A stretch of 64,000 bases of DNA, taken from positions 62,062,001-62,126,000 of the forward strand of contig OX597825.1 in the NCBI GenBank assembly GCA_951406725.2. Reading direction: 5' to 3'. Of this stretch, positions 50,905 through 62,900 are shown piece by piece (within the stretch, counting starts at the first letter, position 1; every line of letters begins with the position of its first letter). The DNA is from Octopus vulgaris (Eukaryota). The notes beneath the pieces are model-generated. The model was not told where the DNA came from, did not search any database, and saw only the letters and a program-made list of their open reading frames with translations. Position numbers and translations under genes: made by a program.

Positions 50905-53639
50905 TAGACTAGTTTTTATGCTGGTCTAAACAAGAAAACACACTCAGGCATGTACACATGTCCGTACATACATATTATGAGCTTCCATACAGCATTTTTC
51001 TAGCCCAGGTTGTTGAGACCATAGCAGAAGACATGCTAGAAATAACAGTTTAATCCCTCTCAAATCAAACCCTTTCACCGTAAAAAAAAAGGATATATTT
51101 GACAAGGTGGAGCGAGTACACTATGTATATATCTAGTCTGAAAAAGTAGAGGACTGCCCAGGCAATATATAATGTGTTTAAACCATCAATAGGCAAAAAT
51201 TGGAGTTTCTTATTTTCTTTAGCCAATTTACTTGTTTGTTTACTCGAGTAATTATGGTTACGTAGTTATTTTATGAGAACAATTAAAACAAAAATTTATT
51301 TTGTTTTCTCATTGTTTGACAACTTTACTTACGAGTATGAAGGAGTGGTGTTGCAAGATGCCGTTAGATACCATTTTCAGTATTTAAGCAGTACTGTTAA
51401 ACATAGTTTTTATGTCTTTTCCAATCACAGTATGTGATTGGGTCATATAAAAGTTTGAACTTCTGACAACACATCATGTAGACCAATTCATTATCATTTG
51501 TTCATTGCAGTTTTTAAATAATGGCATTATGAATAGTAACTATCTACTGGTTAATACTAACACTGTGTTGTGTTGTTTGATATATTTCTCTATGTTAGAC
51601 TTGGTTAAAATTTATCTATGTTTTCACAATTGTTCTATCAGGATATAAGAAAACTATTAAATGTGTATATGTGAGATATTTTTAGCTTGCTTCTGATATC
51701 CAAACAATATAACCATGTACGCCAATTGTGTTAACACCATGCGTAATTTTTTTTCTTTGTTTCTGTGATTTTCTTTCTTTGCTTTATTATTATTATTATT
51801 TTTTTCCTTTTTTTTTTTATTTCTGAAATCAATTCATCAAGATTTTATCAAAGAATCATTTGTATTTTACTAGAGTCGAGTGTGATTAGTAATTATCTCT
51901 TACTGGCTGTGATAGAACAATGAATAAATGGAAACCAGAACACATAGATCATCAAAAATTGATTTTCTACTGTAGCTATTAGATATAGCTATAAATTGAG
52001 AACAAAATAAAAGTAATGTTTAAAAATCAAGAAACTTAAATTCTAATTTCAAACCACAGCAACAAGTCAATCCAAATGCTTTAAATTGTTTTCTTTTAGT
52101 TTAGAAGCAATAATTTTGTTATTTATTTATTTATGTATTTTTTGTATCAGCAGATAATTAAGAATTATATATTACTATTTTATATTATATTTCTTCTTAA
52201 TTTTATTTTCAAAAAAGATTTCAGTTAAACCAAAAACATTTTTTTTTTAGATATAGTATTCTATTTTCAATGGATTTCTATGTAGTTTTTATTTTTATCA
52301 TTTTCTTTACAACCAATACAAAGCTTTTTTCAAAGACAGAATTATCAACATTTAAATTGAATTTTTCTATTAAACAATAATTTTTGTTGTTCAGCATGAC
52401 ACTTTGAATTCATATTTTCAGGAAATAAAACCAAAGGCAGAAAAGAATATATTGATATATTTGGACAAATGCCTAGGAATTTTGTTTTTTCTTTTTCAAA
52501 ACTACTCACACTTTATACTTTTGATATAAGCAATAATATTTCTCAATCTAATGAAATATTTTGCCTGTTTCATTAAAGTATATATTGACAGAAAAGACCT
52601 TCCCAAAGACATAAGAGAATATTCTTATATAAAATGAAAAAAACTTAACCATAATAGTAATAAGTTTTTGATTTAGTTTAGTAGAAAGGCTAGCAATAAA
52701 AATGGTTAAAATGAACACAACAGAAGGATATGAAAACACATGAAGATTTTATTGTGTATAGAAATTACATAGTTTCCCATAAAAACTAATTATTTTATTA
52801 CAAACACTTCTTCAAAGTCTAGTAAGAAATCAATCATAGTTTTTTTGGTTTTTTTCCCTCAAATTGAAAGACAATACTGATTTTCATGAGTGCCTGTCTC
52901 TGATGAGTTATTACTAGCATAATTCACTGTGTAATTTCTCCTTAGTTTATTTCAATGTATAAACTGTACTGTATCTATTTTCTGGTGACGTAACCTATGA
53001 CTTGAAATAAAATTTCTCATGTTCCCTTCGCCTATTTACAGAAATCATCTTCGGAAACATCGTACACACATACATGCAAACAGACAGACAAATATATATA
53101 CATACAGGCAAACATTCATACATACATACATACATACATACATACATACGTACGTACGTACGTACGTACATACATACATACACACACAAAAATATATATA
53201 TATATACTTTTATTCTTTTATTTGTTTCAGTCATTTGATTGCGGCCATGCTGGAGCACCGCATCTAGTCAAGCAAATCGACCCCAGGATTTATTCTTTGT
53301 AAGCCTAGTACTTGTTCTATCGAAATCTTTTGCCGAATCACTAAGTTACGGAGACGTAAACACACCAGCATCGGTTGTCAAGCGATGGTGGGAGGACAAA
53401 CACACACACACATACACACACAGTTTCCGTCTACCAAATACATTTACAAAACTTTGGTTGATTTGAGGCTATAGTAGAAGACACTTGCCTAAAGTGCCAT
53501 GCAGTGGGACTGAACCTGGAACCATGTGGTTGGTAAGCAAGTTACTTACCTCACAGCCACTCCTTATATATTTTCATAAATCATCTTGTGATGCACTTAG
53601 ACATATCATCGGAGAGATTTTTCCTAGAGATCTTTAGGT

Positions 53640-54050
53640 GTTTTGGGCCTTTCAACAAACAATCACCCTCATCCAGGCAACCAAATCAGGAACAATGTTA
53701 GACCAGTTTGTGTCAAATTAGTACTATCCCAAATAGAACTACCCCTTCCAGGGGTCACACTACCTGATCCATAGCTTTCTGCCTCCATAGCCCACTTGAT
53801 GGTCTTCTCGCATTATTGTCGGTCTTATAGAGGGAGTGACTCGTAAGCGCTCTGCATTCCACCTCACAAGGATATCAGCTTGCTCACAACTTATTTTCAT
53901 GGTATAACATCACCAGCTTCACATATACATATTCCTTTTTTTATGTTTTCAGGCATGTGGTCATGCTGGAGTCCACTATGTCTTTGTACCTTTCCCACAG
54001 CCTACTTATACGATTGATTACTTCTGAGAGATGGGATATTAGATCACCAA
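53640..54050 (-). mobile_element. Decayed RTE-like ORF fragment
   Basis: SEVINRISR..W and distal W.xIV.D peptides resemble the post-RT region of RTE elements; many stops. Confidence 0.35.
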
Positions 54051-54054
54051 TCTT

Positions 54055-54350
54055 GCATGTTCTGTTGTATCTGGGGTCATGTTTTTTGTGCCTTATAATG
54101 TAACACACTCACTGGTAAAATTTCCACTTATTTCTTATTTTTATTTTCCTAAAATTTTCGTTGCGTCTTGCAACCTTTTCAATAGTCTTGACTCTCAAGA
54201 CTATTGTTAAGACTATTGAAAAGGTTGCAAGACCAACGAAAATTTTAGGAAAATATAAAAATAAAAAAGAAGTGGAAATTTTATCGGTGAGTGTGTTATA
54301 TTATAAGGAACAAAAAGAAAATGACTCTCCCCAGACACAACAGAATATGC
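54055..54350. mobile_element. Foldback element with two divergent variant hammerhead motifs
   Basis: Inverted arms of about 135 bp; HHR-like motifs at 54149-54185 (-) and 54213-54248 (+). Confidence 0.88.
54149..54185 (-). ncRNA. Hammerhead variant with U3-A8 core
   Basis: CTA-TTGAAAA-G-GTTGC-aagac-GCAAC-GAAA-AT-TT-TAG; palindromic AATT stem III. Confidence 0.55.
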
Positions 54351-54399
54351 TTCAACACACGAACTCATATAAAGAATTTGGTAAACCAAATCCAAAAAC

Positions 54400-55680
54400 A
54401 AAATCTTGCATGTGTTCTTCTTTTTTCTTGGTTCCAGGATTGATTGACACTGCTGTCCTTATCTGTACCTCATACTGGAATGTTGGCGCCTCAGGTATTA
54501 TGGATAGGAGAATGACAAATTCCATTTTTTGAAGACTTGCACATCCACATTGTATGGGTTCCTTAATTCTTTTAACAAAGAGTTGAAGAGCTATGGGCCT
54601 TTAAACCCTAAACTCTTGCAGCACCTGATCTTTACTTTAGATAGAGTGGACGGTTATTTTGGTGTTTTGCAATGACGTCCATCTAGGCTTTTGTATAATT
54701 CTTGATGCCAAATGAAATATTTATCTATCCCTAATTAAACATGCATGTTCTATTAGAACGTACATGTTTAATTAGGGATAAATATTACTTCTCAGTATTC
54801 AATACAGCTTCAGTCACTTACTCTTTTACTCTTTTACTTGTTTTAGTCATTTGACTGAGGCCATGCTGGTGCACCACCTTTAGTCGAGCAAATCAACCCT
54901 ACGACTTATTCTCTGTAAGCCTAGTACTTATTCTATCGGTCTCTTCTGCCGAGCTGCTAAGTTACGGGGATGTAAACACACCAGCATTGGTTGTCAAGCA
55001 ATGTTGGGGGGGGGGGAGGCAAACACAGACACACAAACATACATATATATACATATATACAGCGAGCTTCTTTCAGTTTCCTTCTACCAAATCCACTCAC
55101 AAGTCTTTGGTCGGCCCGAGGCTATAGTAGAAGACACTTGCCCATGGTTCCACACAGTGGGAATGAACCTGGAACCACGTGGTTGGTAAGGAAGCTGCTT
55201 ACCACACAGCCACTCCTGTGCCTAATATATAATTTTTAACAAGCCAACTTGATGCCAAAGTTTGGTGCTAGCCCTTCCAGAAATTTTCACACCAGTGATT
55301 AAAGACATTTTTCAGCCTCACCTAATAGTTCCTTTGCTGCATTTTGGCAATCTTTTTAGAGTAGTATATTATTGGATCAATTCCAGCTCTACTGTTTGTA
55401 GCTATGCAGGTACCATAAGTTCTCTGTCTTGCTTACTAGAATGCACTTCACTGATGAGCTCAAATATGAGCAAACCATATTCTATTATTTCCACCATCTA
55501 GCTGTGTAAGCAAGTTCCATTCTTATATGGGATTTCTTAATTTTCCAAAAATTTTCAGTGGTTGACAATGTTAAAGTCATATCCTTATATTGCTTTATGA
55601 TTAAGACTGTCCTAGTAGAAATTTGTGATAACTTGTTCCATGTGTAACCCCCATCTGATACATTTCCATAGCAGTATGTA
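54400..55680 (-). mobile_element. Decayed CR1/L2-like LINE 3' region, interrupted by a hairpin and a SINE
   Basis: ELELIQ..KKIAKMQQRNY*VRLK (cf. ELExIQR..KKI..YWERLK) and SLGFKGP*LFNSLLKELRN...VFKK. Confidence 0.7.
54726..54780. repeat. 55-bp near-perfect hairpin
   Basis: TATCCCTAATTAAACATGCATGTTCTA-T-TAGAACGTACATGTTTAATTAGGGATA. Confidence 0.9.
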
Positions 55681-55705
55681 AGTTATGTATGCCTTAGAAT
55701 ATATA

Positions 55706-55763
<58 letters not shown>

Positions 55764-58104
55764 TATATTCTAACAATTAAGGATATGAAGACTGGAAAAG
55801 CCCCCAGTCCGTCAGGAATCACTGCTGAGGTACATAAGTGCACCCATTACACTCTCAGAGTGGTTGGTGTTAGAAAACCATGCCAAATCGGACTGGAGTC
55901 TGGTGCAGCCTTCCAGCATGCCAGCCCCAGTCAAACTATCCAACCCATGCCAACATGGACAATGGACGTAAATGATGATGATGATGATGACCTTCTCCAG
56001 AAGGCAAAAGAAGAATATTTCATATGATTTCTGAGTCTGAAACTAAACGAGAAATAGTCAACAACAATTTTACTGAAAACAACTTCCACTATATATAATA
56101 ACATGTGGTTGAAAACACTAAGAACTGAAAGCACTTGCATATCTATAAAAGCAAAGCCTACACACATTTTATGAAATCTCTTCCCAAAGGTTAGTGCCTT
56201 TTGACTTCCTAAAAAGGTTCTTTTCTCAATCTTAACTCTTTTAGAAAAATCTTCTCTCCAAATATTATAACTGTATCATGGAATTTCCAAAACACTAAAT
56301 ATATATATATGTGTGTGTGTATATATATATAAATTGTTTGTTAAATACTTTACATTCATATTTTTTAATGTTAACCTAGTTAAATGAATTATATAAATGA
56401 ATACTGTTGAGACCTTGTATTAACTGTGTAATGCCCTTTCTCTCACCAACCTTTACCTATTTTACAAGTAAGGACGATTTATCTCACTTCTCTTGAAAAT
56501 ACAAAGCAACTGGATGATTTGAAGAAAGAGAAATGTCAATACACAGTACTGTCCATAGTTTAGTACAGATTGTAACCAGTCACACTCACAGACATACAAA
56601 GACACACACACTTCCATACATGCACACATTTTAACCAATTGGGCATTGATTACTCAGGACTATAGCAGAAGACACTTGCTGAAGAAGCTGTACAGGGGAA
56701 CTGAGTATGAAAGCCTTTAATTGCAAGAATGGACTTCTTGACCATGCTATTATGCTTGATGTCCTTTTATATAAATCATTATTCTGCAATGATATTCTGT
56801 AATGATCTAATGAATAATCCACAAATGAGAATCAAAATAGAAAACTAGTAAAAGACCAGAAAATAAGAAAGAAAGAAAGAAATAGGGTATATATATAGAA
56901 GTGCGAGAAAATAGCAGAGAGTTCTTGTGAAGAGAAAGCAGATTTGTGCTTAATGGTTCAGTCTCTATCTTTCTTTTTCTCCATCTCTCTTTCTCACACA
57001 CAAACACACATCACATCATATTTTTCAAAACAAATCCTAAACTGGAACAGTTTTAAAATATAATCACAGCTTCTATTTTTGTTTGTTTCATATCTAGGTG
57101 TCATTTGTAATTGTGTTAGGTTTGATAAATAATCAATATTTATCTATATTTTTACACGTCCTGCTAAAAGAGAAACTTAAGCTATTCCACTTATACCAAC
57201 AAATTTGCTACTGAACAGCTTAAACTATGGAAGCATGTCAATATATTTACAGAACTGCTAAAATCTACGCTTATATCAAATAAGTTTGCAGTACTATTTA
57301 AACTGTGCTCTTGTCAATAAGCTATAGTTGTAGAAGTTCATTGCTGCTGGCTTGGATATTTATAATGATAATGATGAAGTAGCTTTTAAATATTAAGCTT
57401 CTGTAAATTTTATTCCAACATGTCAGAATAGAATGATGGGATTCAAATACTTTAACAGTACCATCATTGTACAGTTAGTTCTTTCTCTCACTCGCTCACC
57501 CTCTCTTTATTGCGCTCTGTCTTTATTTCTCTTTTCTTTTTCCTATCTCTCAACACACACAGACAAACGAAGGAAAGTTACAGTGGATGAGAAAAAATTG
57601 GAGTTAAATTAAAAATATGTTGCAAGCAGTAATCACTCAAGTCAGAGATAAATCAATTTAGAGAAAATAACTACACTAAGCCATATATTAAGACTGATAT
57701 AATTTCTTTATTTATAGTTGTATAGATTGCATGAAGCATTGTTTGATGAAGAAGAGAATTATTAACTTATTTTAAGCCACAGCGGTGCAAGTTATAAGAA
57801 ATAATACAAGTTGATTGTTGTACTTTTATATTCTATTTCAATACTTTGGGGTTAATTCAGAACATCATTTCTGCAAAGTTTTTTTGAAGAGGTCATAATT
57901 CCAACATATTGGAATACGAAATAAAAGTACAAACTTCTTGCATTATTTTTTATAAAGCCCATTCTTTTGGCTTTAAAAAAATAAAAATGTTTTACTTTTT
58001 TATATTTTAATCAAGAAAGAAGGTAATATTCAGGACCCTTTTCAGTTCTTTCAAAATTGCTGGGAAGGAAGGAGAAAGATATCCACAAAACTATTGGGAA
58101 TTAG

Positions 58105-58485
58105 AAGCACTCCGTCGGTTACGATGATGAGGGTTCCGGTTGATCCAATCAATGGAACAGCCTGCTCGTGAAATTAACGTGCAAGTGGCTGAGCACTCCA
58201 CAGACACGTGTACCCTTAACGTAGTTCTCAGGGATATTCAGCGTGACACAGAGAGTGACAAGGCTGGCCCTTTGAAATACAGGTACAACAGAAACAGGAA
58301 GTAAGAGTGAGAGAAAGTTGTGGTGAAAGAGTACAGCAGGGAACACCACCATCCCCTGCCGGAGCCTCGTGAAGTTTTTAGGTGTTTTTGCTCAATAAAC
58401 ACTCACAACGCCCGGTCTGGGAATCGAAACCGCAATCCTACGACCGCGAGTCCACTGCCCTAACCACTGGGCCATTGCGCCTCCA
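58105..58485 (-). mobile_element. tRNA-derived SINE family D, well preserved
   Basis: Minus strand GGAGGCGCAATGGCCCAGTGGTTAGGGCAG...GGTTTCGATTCCCAGACC; CpG-rich; flanked by a direct repeat CACAAAACTAT. Confidence 0.88.
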
Positions 58486-59240
58486 CACAAAACTATAAAC
58501 TTGAAGTGAATACCTAGAAAAGTTTACTTTGCTTAAGGTGTCAAAAGTACCAGGTGGTGGTATTAAATCAGGTGTCTACACATACAAATGATGGAAAGTA
58601 ACAAAGGAAAGACGAATTGATATAAAAATAGTGTCATCTTAAATGACACCTACAAAAGAAAACAATTTGGGATGATTGCAAATTTGCACTGAGGGAACAG
58701 GTTTGACCTGGTTAAATGTAAAATATTGTTAAATTTGTAAAATGTCTAAGAAGTGGTCATACCCATGAATGTTCTTTAAAAAATAATAAATATTTTTCTA
58801 ATTTTAGTTGAAAGCCAGTAATTCTGAGCAAATGGAAAGTCAGTTACATCCAGTGCTCAGCTGTGACTTATTTTTATCAAGCTGTAAAAGATGAAAGGCT
58901 GCATTGACTTTGGCAGTATTTGAACTCAGAATGTAAAGGCAAGAAGAAATGACATTAGGCATTCTGTCCAATTCTCTAACAATTCTGCCAGCCCACTTAG
59001 AAATAACTAGAAATAATGAAGCAAGTTCCTGCATGGCATTTATCATTTCAGAAGGGATTGATGTTATAAGGCTTTAGTCATACATTTACTTCTTGTGATC
59101 TTTCTGTATCTCTGTTTGTACACACATATACAAATGAAACAAACTAACAATGGAAAGTCTTCCTTCAGATACATTTATATCAAGATAGATCAGTAGCCAC
59201 TACACACATTTTTTTTCTCTCCTTGTTTTTTTCTGTGTCC

Positions 59241-59276
59241 CTTTCTGTAGAAGAGCGTAGGCTCGAAACGTAAAAG
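59241..59276 (+). ncRNA. Minimal hammerhead-like motif (A6U variant) in a PLE-like fragment (59190-59370)
   Basis: CTTT-CTGTAGA-A-GAGC-gtag-GCTC-GAAA-CG-TA-AAAG; palindromic ACGT stem III. Confidence 0.6.
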
Positions 59277-60719
59277 ACTTTTTCTATTCCTGAGCGTTAT
59301 ACTAATACATCTGTTTGTTTTCTACACCACCTGTCTTTGTCTTTTGTTTTTTTCGCGAACTCTCTCCCTATATATAGAGACATCTATATGAAGTACATCT
59401 ATATTAAAAAGAGTTAAAGACTTTTAATATCAAACAATCCAAACCACACTGGATTTATGACAAAAACCTTCTGTTTTAAAATAATGTAAATTAAAATCCC
59501 ACCTAAAATTTCCATATTAATTTATATTCAAAAACCAGCTAATAAATGACAAAATTATTTCATTAAATGAATCATTATTTCCAAAATTAATTATGATAAC
59601 GGCAATGTATTTTAACAGAAATTCAATAATCTTTTATGGGAGAATCCTGAAGAATACCACGTGCTTGAAAGTGGAATAACCATTTTACCATAAATAAGAA
59701 CTGAGTGAACTGCCAGTGGGGAGTTGATGGGTGTTAGTTCGACATATGTTGGTTCAACTGTTGATAGTTGAACAACGAATACTGAGTATCGTACCTACAT
59801 TTGAGTAGTATGGAGTGCATTCTGCATTAGAATAAATTTCTGCAATAGGTTATTTTTAGATAACCACAACCAACTCTTTATGTGTAATACCATTTTACAC
59901 CAGACATGTATACCCTCATCATAAAATAACCAAATGTTTGACTGATATATAAATAACATCGTCATTATAAATAACACTTGTACCAGAAATGATTCATTCC
60001 AAAAAAGTAAAAAAAAAAAAATTGTGAAGAAACAAACGAAATGTTTTGAACTGGTTAAATTTAAAATCTTGTTAAATTTGTTAGATCTTGAATATAGCTG
60101 AACAGGTTGATTTCAAAAATATTGACTAAAGTAATTAAAAGTAATGAAAAAAGTTTACATGACAGAATAATATCAACTCAATGTGAAATCAAGTCTGATT
60201 GAAAGCAGAAAATATCATTGTTGAATAAGCATATTTTTCACTAGAGTAGTTTTTTGACATTTTGTGTCCACTCAGTTAAGTAATTAGAATAGTAAGATTT
60301 GAAAGTGTCTACTTGGAACTGATACAACATTCATTAATAAAGTAGCTGAATTGGAGTGTTTCTAGTCATAATTTGATTCAGCATTAGTTAGCATTTTGCT
60401 GTTCTATTCAATGTTCAGCTTCTTGATTAATAAAATACATGTATAAAAGTTTTGAAACACCATTGAAACCTCATTAAAATACCATTGACAATGTCGAGAT
60501 TAGATCTTGGCAAGAAATAACTTCATCATTGTCAGTAATAATACATCAGGTTAAATTAAATAATCAACAACAAAACTTAAAATATGCATACATGCACACA
60601 CACACACACAATACACTGGATTAATAATCCAATGAAAACAGCAACCCAGTGTGAATGCAAACATTCCTGATATTGTTCTGTATAGATACATACATACATA
60701 CATACATACATAGAAACAT

Positions 60720-61915
60720 AATGTACAAACTGTTGACAGGCCCTACCTAAGAAGAAATGAAGGTGACAGAGGCCTGAGATCAGTACAGACGGCCTTCGAA
60801 TGTCATATGGTATCACTCAGGCAGCACCTGCTAAACAACAGCAGCAAAAATAAATATATTTATGCAGTCTTGAAAAGTGAAGTGAGCAACATTGTACAAG
60901 TTGGCAGTAAACTCCTCAAGAAACACTCTGTTCCTGGTGATCTCCTATACAGCCTTAAAACAGCTGGGCTTTTTTACCTCAGAGAAGATCTGGATGGAAA
61001 GTGCTCAGCATACAAAAAAGACCATGCATGGGTATGTTGCTTGGAAGCTTGAAGAAGACAGTAGAATTGACAGGAAGCGTAGCCTCTCTTGGACACAAGA
61101 CCACTACATCACATCACACTTTGAAGGCTATGTGTTTGCAATCCAGAAACAGGAGATTTCCACAAAGTACCTGGTGAACAAGAGACACAGTGACACTCTT
61201 GTAATCCCAAGGAGCAACTGCATGTGTAGGTTATGTCAGGTTTCTGTGGAAGACTACACATGTGATTAGCAGCTGTCCTAAAATGTCATCACATTATGAC
61301 ATCCCTATGTGGCACGATGTTGTTGCTAAAACAATTTACAATGCTAACCACAAAAAGACTGTCCTGAAATAAACTTAGAAAATTCCTCTGTTATGGAAAC
61401 GTTCATAAACGTCAACTCAAGGAATACTGGTGGAAGATTCCCATCAAAACTTCTGTCAAAAGTAAACATAACAGGCCAGATAATGTTGTTTGGGACAGAA
61501 GGGCAAAGGTATGTACCATCATAAAGGTTAGTTGCCCTGCAGATATAAATATCTCTTTGAAAATCAAAGAAAAAGAGGATATCTATGGACAACTGCTTTG
61601 AAACCTTCATCTTCTATATCCAGTCTATGAATTCATATTCATACCAATAATAATCAGAGCACTAGGTTTTGTTAGTAAATGCTTCAAAGAGAATCTGGAT
61701 AAGCTGAAATTCTCAGAAACAGAAATTGACTGGCTGATTCGTATATTACAAGTCCAATCTGTGAGTGGAATAGTAAAAACATGCAAGAACTTTTCTCAAG
61801 TTTCAAATGTGAATTTTTCTGTGTTAACTGCATCCTAAAGATGGAGCTTTGTATCTTTGTTGGAAACCGACTCCTTCCTCAGTGGAAGATTCATGATAAT
61901 TAAAATTTAGAAGAG
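60720..61915 (+). mobile_element. 5'-truncated R4-clade non-LTR element: CCHC knuckle, RLE nuclease and 3' UTR
   Basis: RPYLRRNEGDRGL, CRLCQVSVED..HVISSC, WHDVVAKTIY, HNRPDNVVWD..VSCPAD..EKEDIYGQL, IPIIIRALG; frameshifted. Confidence 0.92.
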
Positions 61916-61916
61916 A

Positions 61917-61955
61917 CATGCATTCATTCATACATGCATACATACATAGATACAA

Positions 61956-61987
<32 letters not shown>

Positions 61988-62090
61988 TCATACATACATA
62001 TATTCATACATACATACATATATTCATACATACATATATTCATACATACATACATACATACATACATACATACATACATACATACATACA

Positions 62091-62124
<34 letters not shown>

Positions 62125-62140
62125 CATACATACATACATA
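61917..62140. repeat. (CATA)n microsatellite
   Basis: Direct reading. Confidence 0.95.
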
Positions 62141-62144
62141 AACA

Positions 62145-62900
62145 GTCTGGAACAGGATAAAAAAGAAAACACCTACAGATGAAGTTGACTATAGAGAGAC
62201 TGATGGGTCAAAAGAATATTAATGGAACTTAAAAATTATAACAGCCACCAAGTTAAAATGCAAATTGACCAGATATTGTTGCATGGGACCACAAGAAAAA
62301 GGTATGTTCTGTTGTGTATTTTAGCTGACCCAATGTGGTTAGAAAATATGAGAGAAAGAGGTCATCTATGGACCATTGGTAAGGAGTTTGAAAATCCAGT
62401 ATCCAAAACTCTTTCAGCTTTATTAGCTATTATTACTGGACAAACAGGATATATACCAAGTTTTCTGGAGCAAAGAATGGCTGAACTCGAGCTTTTGGGA
62501 ATAGAATGCAAATTCTTAATTCATACACTAAAACGATCATGATATATGAGACTATAAAAATCTGCAATACCTCTTTAGATTTAACCTTTTCATTGCCACA
62601 TATCTATTGAGATGTCGTGTTTCAATTAATTTCAAATATAACAAAGACTTTAGTAATATAATTTAGTTACCATTAAACTAGTGTTAGGAAAATAAATTGT
62701 GACTAAGGTTTGGTGGAAGATTTTAATCAAGAAATTTTGAAAACAAGACATTTATATTACAGAGCCAGAGGCAGTTTCAGGCTGTTTGGTATCAAAAGGG
62801 TTAAAGGATGATGGTTCCAACATGATGCTTTCTTTCACAATTTTGCGACCAAGTAGATGACTGGTCAAAATTTATGCTAAGTTAAAAGAAGAAAGAAGAG
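62145..62900 (+). mobile_element. 3' fragment of the second R4-clade subfamily, interrupted by a TTAA MITE
   Basis: PDIVAWDHKKKVC, EKEVIYGPLVRSLKIQYP, IITGQTGYIP; 3' UTR matches 5390-5480. Confidence 0.8.
62585..62800. mobile_element. piggyBac-type MITE with TTAA TSD
   Basis: TTAA|CCTTTT...AAAGGG|TTAA; the empty site AGAT-TTAA-AGGAT is present in the paralog near 5385-5398. Confidence 0.9.

Noticed and set aside
51890-51950. miR-2-like gene on the minus strand
   Set aside because: Only 12 nt match and no precursor hairpin
52443-52465. Similarity to miR-190
   Set aside because: Seed mismatch and no hairpin
52895-53020. CTGATGA...GAAA hammerhead-like spacing
   Set aside because: No stem I partner after the putative cleavage site
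58410-58485. tRNA gene
   Set aside because: tRNA-like SINE head that continues into a SINE body; no complete acceptor stem
59644-59680. CTGAAGA...GAAA motif
   Set aside because: Stems I and III do not pair, and the homologue near 8935 lacks the core
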